Shown piece after piece: positions 26,275-33,693 of a stretch of 37,498 nt of DNA (its first letter is position 1; every line of letters starts with the position of its first letter). Where the stretch lies: IMG/VR virus record IMGVR_UViG_3300033182_000772, positions 1-37,498 of that record; one strand, given 5' to 3'. A model generated the notes under the pieces. That model was not told the DNA's origin. It searched no databases and was given only the letters and a program-made list of their open reading frames with translations. Source of the stretch: a virus. The translations under genes were made by a program, and so were the position numbers.

Positions 26275-26949
26275 ATGCTTTACCGTTTCACCAGAAAATC
26301 CAGAAACGTCAAAACCGGGCCGATACCCGTCACGACAACGGAACCTAAATCATGCCCCAAGGCGTGCCCGCTCAAGGATGCGGGTTGTTATGCTGATGGT
26401 GGACCTCTCGCCATAATCTGGCGCGAGACCGCCGAAAAAGGTACTACCGTCGAAACCGTATGCGATCAAATCGCGGCGCTACCGGACGGGCAGTTATGGC
26501 GCCATAACCAGGCGGGCGATCTTGCGCACAAACGACAAAAAATTGATATCCGCGAGCTGAATAAACTGGTCAACGCGAACGCCAGAAAACGCGGGTTCAC
26601 CTACACGCACCACGACACAAGGAATCCGCACAATTTCCACGCGATCAAAGACGCAAACGCTCGCGGGTTTACAATCAACCTATCCGCCAACAACCCGTCA
26701 CACGCTGATGAGCTGGCGCGCCGCGATTGTGGGCCCGTCGTGACCTTGCTACCGGCGGACCAGCTCGAAAACACGAAAACGCCCGCCGGGCGTAAGATCG
26801 TCGTGTGTCCCGCCGTAACCGGGCGCACAAAAGATTGCGCATCGTGCGGGTTATGCGCAATCGCATCACGCAAGACCGTGATAGGCTTTCCCGCGCATGG
26901 CAGGCGCAAGCGCGCCGCAACTGAAACCGCAACAAAGGGGTCAAAATAA
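26275..26949 (+). CDS. Cys-rich conserved phage protein of unknown function (recalls the GP88-type family)
   Basis: 224 aa; GGAGGG 5 nt upstream. N-terminal CPKACPLKDAGCY (C-x3-C-x6-C) and C-terminal C-x10-C-x2-C-x2-C. The family name is from memory only. Confidence 0.75.
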   Translation: MLYRFTRKSRNVKTGPIPVTTTEPKSCPKACPLKDAGCYADGGPLAIIWRETAEKGTTVETVCDQIAALPDGQLWRHNQAGDLAHKRQKIDIRELNKLVNANARKRGFTYTHHDTRNPHNFHAIKDANARGFTINLSANNPSHADELARRDCGPVVTLLPADQLENTKTPAGRKIVVCPAVTGRTKDCASCGLCAIASRKTVIGFPAHGRRKRAATETATKGSK

Positions 26950-27287
26950 TGGCGTATGACATTTGGAACGATGAAATGACTATCCGCGACCGTGCCCTGG
27001 ATGTCCCGGATTGGATTGACCAAGACATTACCGCGCAAGACGTGGCGGCAATCGAGCAAGGCGGGTGCGCAAGCGGCGCATATATGCCCGCCGTTACATA
27101 TCACCAAGCGCTCCAAACTATGTCTCAACACGGTGACGACATTCTGCAATACCTGCAAGACATTTACGGCGAATTGCCGAAACCGCGCGATGATGAGTCA
27201 TGGTCCGGTATCGCCGTGTTTTACCTATCTTGCGCCGTTGAAACATGGGCACTCGGCGCTTTCTTGCAATTGACCGATGACGCCTAA
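26949..27287 (+). CDS. Strongly acidic small protein, unknown function
   Basis: 112 aa. TAATG overlap with the upstream stop. Hand count gives 20 D/E versus 4 K/R. Conserved-looking core GGCASGAYMPAVTYHQA. Confidence 0.75.
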   Translation: MAYDIWNDEMTIRDRALDVPDWIDQDITAQDVAAIEQGGCASGAYMPAVTYHQALQTMSQHGDDILQYLQDIYGELPKPRDDESWSGIAVFYLSCAVETWALGAFLQLTDDA

Positions 27288-27334
27288 ACAGCGCCAGCGC
27301 TCGATGCCGCAAACAACAGAACGGGATTAAGATC

Positions 27335-27598
27335 ATGCATAAATACGCAATCGAAGTGGGCGCTTTTCGCTATGAATATGTTACCGTTGAGGTAGACGCG
27401 GCCACGCTCGAAGAGGCCTATGACAAAGCGCTGGTTAGCGCGAGCTTGGATAATAGCTGGCAGACATACGACGGCCCGCACGACAGTTTTGTCGAGGCAA
27501 TAGGGCTCAATAACGAGCTTGACCCCGACAAGAACCCGCAACACGTCCCGCGCGGATTTGATATCCGAACACGGTTTCTTAAAATCTGGAAAAACTAG
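27335..27598 (+). CDS. Hypothetical protein
   Basis: 87 aa. Preceded by the AGCGCTCGA box 30 nt upstream of the ATG. Confidence 0.7.
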   Translation: MHKYAIEVGAFRYEYVTVEVDAATLEEAYDKALVSASLDNSWQTYDGPHDSFVEAIGLNNELDPDKNPQHVPRGFDIRTRFLKIWKN

Positions 27599-27615
27599 CT
27601 AGTGCCTTCCGGTCC

Positions 27616-27650
27616 GCCGGTTGACCATTTGGGCTAGGTGGTCAACCGGC
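27616..27650 (+). promoter_or_regulatory. Conserved intergenic hairpin, copy 1
   Basis: GCCGGTTGACC (27616..27626), a 13-nt loop, then GGTCAACCGGC (27640..27650). Begins 18 nt after the stop at 27598. No U-tract follows. Confidence 0.6.
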
Positions 27651-27704
27651 TTTCCCGAGTGCACTAGCGCTTGAACCTGAAACCAAACAAAGGGATTTGA
27701 AACG

Positions 27705-28055
27705 ATGGAATGCTGGCACACACACTGGCAGTTTAAGACCGCCAACTTCACGATCAAGTATGAAACCGGGCCGGAATATGACCTTGATTTATCATGGGAC
27801 GAAGACGGCGAAACCGCCGAAAAACTGGAGCAGGGGTTGCTTTGTGCGTTTGTTGCGCGCGTCGCGGTCTATTTCGACGGCTGGTGCTTGGGCGAGGATT
27901 ATCTCGGCGGTTGCATCTATGAGTCGCCGGAACACTTTATTGACCATCGCGGCGGCCGCGGCTCGTATTTTAGGGACCTGGTCACAAACGCTATTGAACA
28001 AGCGCGGGCCGAAATTGCACGCAAACGCCTAGTGCTCAAAACAACTCACGCCTAA
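27705..28055 (+). CDS. Hypothetical protein
   Basis: 116 aa. Its leader is near-identical to that of 26031. Trp/Cys-containing acidic protein. Confidence 0.75.
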   Translation: MECWHTHWQFKTANFTIKYETGPEYDLDLSWDEDGETAEKLEQGLLCAFVARVAVYFDGWCLGEDYLGGCIYESPEHFIDHRGGRGSYFRDLVTNAIEQARAEIARKRLVLKTTHA

Positions 28056-28068
28056 CCCGTTTCGGTTT

Positions 28069-28100
28069 GCCGGTTGACCTGGGCTAGGTGGTCAACCGGC
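28069..28100 (+). promoter_or_regulatory. Conserved intergenic hairpin, copy 2
   Basis: The same 11-bp arms GCCGGTTGACC / GGTCAACCGGC with a 10-nt loop. Begins 14 nt after the stop at 28055. Followed by the same TTTCCCGAGTGCAC.AGCGCT box as copy 1. Confidence 0.6.
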
Positions 28101-28152
28101 TTTCCCGAGTGCACCAGCGCTCGATACCATAAACAACATAGAGGCTAACACC

Positions 28153-28374
28153 ATGAAAGACGCGCAAACCAATAGTGCAGCATGGGAATTAATGTCATTT
28201 TACCGTGAACAGGGTATGCGACCGCCTGCCGAAATCCGCGACGCGTGCATGGTGGTCATGTTGAGCGAAACACCGGGGGCACCTGAGCCCACTGCAGAAG
28301 AAATCGCGCGCGTCAATGGCGCGGCGGGCGCACTGGCGGATATCAAGCGCAAGACGCGAGGTGAGCGCAAATGA
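28153..28374 (+). CDS. Small hypothetical protein immediately upstream of the HTH gene
   Basis: 73 aa; AGAGG ~10 nt upstream. ATGA overlap with the following HTH ORF. Confidence 0.65.
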   Translation: MKDAQTNSAAWELMSFYREQGMRPPAEIRDACMVVMLSETPGAPEPTAEEIARVNGAAGALADIKRKTRGERK

Positions 28375-28568
28375 TGACCGCTGAAGAGTTCCGCGCTAGA
28401 CGCGAGCACCTGAAGATGACACAAGATGACCTGGCCTGGGCGCTTGGCCGCTCGCGTCGTCAAATCATCCGATATGAGAAAGGGACGCAACGCGTCCCCC
28501 GCATCGTCGAGTTGTTGATACGCCGCGCGAAACCGCGCGGCGAATACTCGCGCAAACGAGCTGACTAG
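28371..28568 (+). CDS. XRE/Cro-type HTH transcriptional regulator
   Basis: 65 aa. LKMTQDDLAWALGRSRRQIIRYEKG is a canonical XRE HTH. Last gene of the operon, followed by a strong terminator. Confidence 0.8.
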   Translation: MMTAEEFRARREHLKMTQDDLAWALGRSRRQIIRYEKGTQRVPRIVELLIRRAKPRGEYSRKRAD

Positions 28569-28598
28569 ACCTAAAACGCCAACCCTTTCCTCCCAACT

Positions 28599-28638
28599 GG
28601 CGCTCGCCTTACAAGAGTATGGCGAGCGCCCTTTTTTT
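28599..28638 (+). terminator. Rho-independent terminator of the rightward accessory operon
   Basis: Perfect 10-bp stem GGCGCTCGCC / GGCGAGCGCC with a 12-nt loop, then C + T7. Confidence 0.85.
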
Positions 28639-28869
28639 GCAAAAAATCGGCCGCCGCCGCCCGCAGGAAAAATTAGGGGCTAGGGAGGATTTCCTATGGA
28701 GGGTAAAATTACTGTTTCTCCATTTTATTAATATATTTTTATATAATTTATTTTTCTAGACCTAATCACCTAATCCCCTAAATAACACAATAAAACAAGG
28801 GAAACCGGGGTTTCCAGAGTAGGGGAACAGGCGACACGAAATCCCTAATCCGCACCGCTTTCACCTATT

Positions 28870-31113
28870 TTAACCGCCCTCCAGTGCCGCGCGCACCGCT
28901 TCAACGTCGCGTTTCTCGTCCAGATTTTGCCAATCCCTACGATTGCGCAGTGCGCGCACCTCGACTTGCTTACCGCAAACAACATAGCGCGCGCCGTGCT
29001 TTGGGTCCGCCTCGCGCAAGTTTTTCAACCTATACCATACATTCCGCACAATTTGCGTCGGCTCCCGCATGATCTTTTCATATCCGTTTTCGCGGGCGGC
29101 TAGGATAACGCCGCCGCGCAATGTGTCACGCGTCACAAGGTCGGACGGGTGCTTGTCCACCAGCCATGACAGGATGACGTCCGACGGCGCGCGCGAGGTC
29201 TCCAGCATGTGCGCCTTGGTTGGTGTCATGGGCGGATATACCCAGTCATATCCGGAAATATCGCGACGCATGAGCCACCAGTAGACCCGAGCCGGTTCGC
29301 CAGACGTCAGGGACGCGGCGAGGCGGTCGTAATACTCGGATGAGCGGCGTTTGGCGGGGTTCTCGATAGCGAAAACCCGCCGGTCTTCTTCTTCAAGAGC
29401 CATCGCGTCGGCATGATTCGAGAAAATCAGCGCGTTGAAATAGCGGTTTTCAAGCCTGGTCTGCCCGTATTTGGGGTTGATGCGCACGTCCTTGCCCACT
29501 GATGTGTCCACGAGCTGCTTGAACGTCTGATAACCGTGATAGAAGTCATCGCGCGTGAGCGATGTGTCGCGGGCCTCCTCGACAACGATGAACTGGCAGC
29601 CCACCTGCCAGTCATTGTAGTTTTGCTCGGCCGCCGTGCCGTGGCCGACGAGCTGGCCAAGCGTGGCGGTGTTGACCTGACCGGGCATCATCTCGCTAAG
29701 CAGGCGGTGGAGCCACGACCGGCCCGTGCCGTAGGCGTCTTCGGCGACCATGACGCACGCATAGGACCGGGACGCGGGCTCCTGTATTTTCTTGGCCATC
29801 CAGTTCAGGAAAATCTCGCGCTCAGACTCGCAGGGGATGAGGTATTCGACGTGTTCAAGGAACATCTCGGGAGTTTCGTCCGTCTCCGCGAGGTCGGGCG
29901 GCACGTAGGTGTTGACGTAATCCTGGGCAAAACGCCGCACGACGCCGCTGTCCTGCCCGCGCCGCACGGGCACATAGCGGATGGACACGGCGCGCCGGGT
30001 GTCAGGGTGCTCGATAAACGCCGTGGCGACCGTGACGGGCTTGTCACGGCCGGGCAGGGCCACTTTGCCGGGGTGTTTCTTGGTCCAATCGGCAAGGCTC
30101 CACTGCCATATGCCGCCACGGGTGCGCTGTTCCATGTCGGCGACCATCTGGCCCTCTTCGATATAGATGTAGCGCGACTGGAGCCACGGCAGGGGGTCAT
30201 AGCCCGAGACGGGTGGCCCGCCACGGTTCTCGGCCCACTTGCGGAAGTCACCTAGGCGACGGTCGACACAATGCTCGTGCATGCACTTAAAAGCACGGGT
30301 CTGGACGTAATCGCCCGACCCACGCCCGAGCGGCGAGTAGCCCGCGGTGTCGTCGCCGGTGGTGTGGCGATCACCCCACGGGCATTTGATCGTCACCCAC
30401 GGGCCGCCGTCATCACGGACGATGAGCTGCTCGTCCGCGAGCCAGTCCATCATGGGATCAATGCCGTCGAGAGCCTCGGCGCCGCCCCGTGCGGTGACGG
30501 CCTCGCGGCGGGGTGTGACAGCCAGACGGGCCATGTCGCACCCGAGGTCCTCAGCCAGCTCGTCGAGCGTCCAGACCACGTCGTCAAACGACGTCACACG
30601 CGAACGGAAATTCTGGCGGCCGGGCTTGAGGTTGGCGGAGCCGGGGACGCGCATGACCCGATACGAGCCACCCGCGCCAGCGTCAGACCAGCCCTGCTCG
30701 GCACACCAGGCCACCAGCGCCTCATACTCGTCGAAGCGATCAGTCGGCTCGAGCATGTAACCCCACTGCCAGTTACCCGGCGATGTCTCTATTTTCCACG
30801 ACGGCTCGACCGGCGGCGGCGCGGCCTTGGTGTCGATGTCGTCAAGCACGAGGCAGTGCGCCCGGACGAGATGCCCGCGCCCGCGGCCGATCATGGAGCC
30901 CTTGTCGTTCAGCTCGCCGTTGACCGTGGACACGCAGAAGTACCACGCATCAGCGCGGCGCTCGGGGTCCCATTTGCGCCACCCACGGTCATCGCGGGTC
31001 ATGTTGTTGAAGAACGTGCGCTCGCCCTTGGTCTTGGCACGCGTGACACAGATGACCTCGTCATCGCCAGCCTCGGCGAAGACGGCGTCGAGGAAGTCGT
31101 CAGCGGTAATCAT
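28870..31113 (-). CDS. DNA primase / SF3 (D5- or VirE-like) replicative helicase
   Basis: 747 aa from Met15 (ATGA overlap with the SNF2 stop). The N-terminal half contains HCLVLDDIDTK and a Cys/His cluster (CPWGDRHTTGDD...CMHEHC). The C-terminal P-loop is AEDAYGTGRS with Walker B FIVVEEA. Member of the recalled DUF2800/PolA/VRR-NUC/SNF2/VirE replication cassette. Confidence 0.88.
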   Translation of the reverse strand: MITADDFLDAVFAEAGDDEVICVTRAKTKGERTFFNNMTRDDRGWRKWDPERRADAWYFCVSTVNGELNDKGSMIGRGRGHLVRAHCLVLDDIDTKAAPPPVEPSWKIETSPGNWQWGYMLEPTDRFDEYEALVAWCAEQGWSDAGAGGSYRVMRVPGSANLKPGRQNFRSRVTSFDDVVWTLDELAEDLGCDMARLAVTPRREAVTARGGAEALDGIDPMMDWLADEQLIVRDDGGPWVTIKCPWGDRHTTGDDTAGYSPLGRGSGDYVQTRAFKCMHEHCVDRRLGDFRKWAENRGGPPVSGYDPLPWLQSRYIYIEEGQMVADMEQRTRGGIWQWSLADWTKKHPGKVALPGRDKPVTVATAFIEHPDTRRAVSIRYVPVRRGQDSGVVRRFAQDYVNTYVPPDLAETDETPEMFLEHVEYLIPCESEREIFLNWMAKKIQEPASRSYACVMVAEDAYGTGRSWLHRLLSEMMPGQVNTATLGQLVGHGTAAEQNYNDWQVGCQFIVVEEARDTSLTRDDFYHGYQTFKQLVDTSVGKDVRINPKYGQTRLENRYFNALIFSNHADAMALEEEDRRVFAIENPAKRRSSEYYDRLAASLTSGEPARVYWWLMRRDISGYDWVYPPMTPTKAHMLETSRAPSDVILSWLVDKHPSDLVTRDTLRGGVILAARENGYEKIMREPTQIVRNVWYRLKNLREADPKHGARYVVCGKQVEVRALRNRRDWQNLDEKRDVEAVRAALEGG

Positions 31114-32378
31114 GCGGGGTTCCCTTTCAGATGCTTGAGAAACAACTCCATCCACTCAGCCCGTTGCTCAACACGCGCGACGACAACGTCGTCGAGCGTG
31201 TCTTCGCAGATCAGTGTGGTTACACGCACGGGTTTGGTCTGGCCTTGGCGCCACACACGACCGATGGCCTGCTCTGTGGCGTCGCGGGACCAGTTGGGCT
31301 GGTAGAAGAGCACGTCAGAAAACAACTCTTGCAGACCGTCGACACCGTGGCTCATGGACTGAATCTGAGCCAGCTCGACGTTGTCGTTATGTTTGGTGCA
31401 TTCGGCCAGCTGCTCGGCCTGGGCTTTGTATTCATAGAACACGAGCCCCGGCTCACCCGCCAGCCCGTCGACCCACTCGCGGAGAGCGTCAAAGCGCGCG
31501 GTATCGAGTTCGACCGTCTCATTATCCTCGTCATAGACAAAACCGGACGCTATCTGGCGCAACTTGCCGGACTTCACGGCCTCATTGGCGGCCTCGACGT
31601 CGCTTGCTTCCACCACCATCGTCTCGCGCATCTCGTCATAGATGGCGCGCGTCTCCGCGGGCATCGTGAAGCGCTTCTCCTCCAGCGTCAGCGGCGGCAG
31701 GCTGGATGACTTGTTGTCGGGCACGACGTGAACGAGCGACGCGACGCGCGCCATGATCTGCTCCGCGGCGCCGTCGCGCATGGTCCAGTTATATCCGCCG
31801 TAGTCCGAGTAGAAGTGGGTATCCAGATACCTCTTCTTGTTGGTGCCCAGCGCTGCGCCGTGGTCAATGATGCGGCACATATCGTAGAGCTTGAGGAAAT
31901 CCTGGCTGACCGGCGTCGCCGTCATGCCGACACGCCAGACGAGCATGCCTGCGCGCTTCTTGGAGCGCAGGCCCTTCGCCTGCTTGCCAGCGGCCTTCGA
32001 CAGCTCGTCGATCACGATGCCGTCGCAGAGATGGGCCTCCTCCAGCAACCACGCGAGGTTATTGAGGCTGACGACAAACACGTCGGCGTCATTCTGCAGC
32101 AGCTGCCTGCGCTGTTTCGCGGTGCCGCGCAACTCGATCACGCGCAGGCCTTTAAGGTGATCCCACTTCCCCACCTCGTTACCCCACACGCCCCTGTCGA
32201 GCACCTTGGCGGGGCAGGCGACGATCACACGGTGGAGCTGACCATCCCGTATCAGCTCGGCGATGGCGGTCAGGCAGATCACGGTCTTACCCACGCCGGT
32301 GGGCGCGACGAGGACCGCCGCGTCGTGCTCATAGAGACGCCCGATGGCGTCCTGCTGGTCAGCGGTTAGCTTGTACAT
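31110..32378 (-). CDS. SNF2/DEAD-like helicase
   Basis: 422 aa. Walker A APTGVGKT, DExx box VIDELSK, motif VI QAIGRVWRQGQ. Confidence 0.9.
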   Translation of the reverse strand: MYKLTADQQDAIGRLYEHDAAVLVAPTGVGKTVICLTAIAELIRDGQLHRVIVACPAKVLDRGVWGNEVGKWDHLKGLRVIELRGTAKQRRQLLQNDADVFVVSLNNLAWLLEEAHLCDGIVIDELSKAAGKQAKGLRSKKRAGMLVWRVGMTATPVSQDFLKLYDMCRIIDHGAALGTNKKRYLDTHFYSDYGGYNWTMRDGAAEQIMARVASLVHVVPDNKSSSLPPLTLEEKRFTMPAETRAIYDEMRETMVVEASDVEAANEAVKSGKLRQIASGFVYDEDNETVELDTARFDALREWVDGLAGEPGLVFYEYKAQAEQLAECTKHNDNVELAQIQSMSHGVDGLQELFSDVLFYQPNWSRDATEQAIGRVWRQGQTKPVRVTTLICEDTLDDVVVARVEQRAEWMELFLKHLKGNPA

Positions 32379-32971
32379 AGGAACCCCACTGTTCTGCCAT
32401 CGCTGCGGCGATGCCTTCGTATGTTATCGAGCGCAGGCGGCTGCGCTCGGGACCGGGTGACATCTGGTGGATGCGGTCGCTCTTGCTCTTCGGCAGTGCC
32501 GCCATCTGCTCGCGCACGTCGTCTGTCGGCACGAGAGGCGGCAAGTTGCGGAGCCAAAGACAGGTTGCCTTCTTTTCCGGGTGGCCAAACATCCACGGTT
32601 GCACGACCTGGTCCTGCCTGCGGCCGATGCGCTCGACCGCGTAACGGTGCATGATGGGGTTTTCGACCGCGACATGGCGCATTGAGAAGAGCGCGAAAAA
32701 AGCGCGTCGCCTTGCACATCTTGTCGACCCGCCCCGGCTCTGTGTTGAGCCAGCGCACGCCGCTGTTGCACAGGTAGGTGCAGGGAGGGTGGGCGATGAT
32801 GAGGTCCCAGCCGTCTCGCAGGATGTTCAGGACGTCACCCTGGACGTGCGGCCCCGGACGTTCGGTCGGCAGGATGTCGCAGCTCGTGGCGAGATGCCCG
32901 CGCGCGATGAACTGGTCACGCACTACGCCGCTGAACTCGCAGGCGACGAGGACTTTCAGTCGGTTCCGCAT
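32359..32971 (-). pseudogene. C5 cytosine DNA methyltransferase-like gene split by a 1-nt frame change at an A6/T6 run
   Basis: ORF 32366..32971 carries VLVACEFSGVVRD...AHPPCTYL (PC motif) up to ...ATRFF. ORF 32359..32682 continues in another frame with HVAVENPIMH (ENV-like motif)...QPWMFGHPEKKATCLWL. Removing one T from the TTTTTT run (plus strand 32696..32701) joins them into a ~203-aa ORF. Confidence 0.7.
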
Positions 32972-32975
32972 GGGC

Positions 32976-33260
32976 TCACCCCGTGAAGCTCTGGATTACC
33001 AAATCAACGCCCGCCGTGTCATAAACCACGACGGCGCTCACGCCCGCATCACGCAGGCGCTGCAGCTCACGCTTCTGACGCGCGGACAGGCGCCCCTTGC
33101 CGTTCGGGTTTTTGAGCTCAACGAACATCACGACGCCCCCTTGGGCGAGGAGCACGTCAGGGAAGCCGGTCTGTCCCTCCGCGCGCATCTTGCGGCAGTA
33201 GATGTCGTGGGCCTTGGCCTGGCGGAAGAGGTAGCCCTGCAGGGCGCGTTCATTTTCCAC
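32976..33260 (-). CDS. VRR-NUC domain nuclease
   Basis: 94 aa from the GTG at 33260, with a perfect AGGAGG 9 nt upstream. GFPDVLL...[20 protein letters not shown] is the VRR-NUC (PD-(D/E)XK) core. The ORF-track 137-aa version overlaps the HNH gene. Confidence 0.8.
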   Translation of the reverse strand: MENERALQGYLFRQAKAHDIYCRKMRAEGQTGFPDVLLAQGGVVMFVELKNPNGKGRLSARQKRELQRLRDAGVSAVVVYDTAGVDLVIQSFTG

Positions 33261-33693
33261 ACCAGTATTCCTCCTCACCTTTTGCGCGGGCTTCGATGGC
33301 TTCCTCTTTCGTGTCGAAGCACCCCAAATGAATTTGCTTATAATCAGCGCAGATGTAAGCCATCCAACGAGTCTTATAGAAGCGCACACCTTTTATTCCG
33401 CTCGCACTACGACGCTGAACGGGCTTGTTACGCATTTGTAATGTGGGGGTGGCCCATCTGCAATTCTCAGGTGTATAATCACCCCGACCGTCTATGCGGT
33501 CGAGCGTCAGACCATCGGGGCGCTCGCCCATGTCTTCTAAAAAATTTTCGAAGACGCGCCAACGTCTACACACTGAAATAGCCTCATAACCGCGGTATGG
33601 TTTACGACAGCGCCTGTGCATCGCAGCCCAGGTCTTATATGTGCCGGACCATTTTCCGTTTCGGGCGTGCCCGTGGCGTATCTTATTCGGCAT
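33250..33693 (-). CDS. HNH-type homing endonuclease with a C-terminal AP2 DNA-binding domain
   Basis: 147 aa. [11 protein letters not shown]...[26 protein letters not shown] is the phage HNH_3-like module. [17 protein letters not shown]....[12 protein letters not shown] is AP2-like. TGATG overlap with the polymerase stop and an 11-nt overlap with the VRR-NUC start. Confidence 0.8.
   Translation of the reverse strand: MPNKIRHGHARNGKWSGTYKTWAAMHRRCRKPYRGYEAISVCRRWRVFENFLEDMGERPDGLTLDRIDGRGDYTPENCRWATPTLQMRNKPVQRRSASGIKGVRFYKTRWMAYICADYKQIHLGCFDTKEEAIEARAKGEEEYWCGK

Noticed and set aside
27655-27675. Sigma54-like reading of GTGCAC-N5-CTTGA in the conserved box
   Set aside because: The invariant -24 GG and -12 GC dinucleotides are not both present (TG instead of GG, TTGA instead of TTGC).
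28696-28731. 11-codon micro-ORF MEGKITVSPFY with a strong GGGAGGA SD
   Set aside because: It lies downstream of a strong terminator with no recognisable promoter, and it is too short to evaluate. It is mentioned under the AT-rich island finding only.
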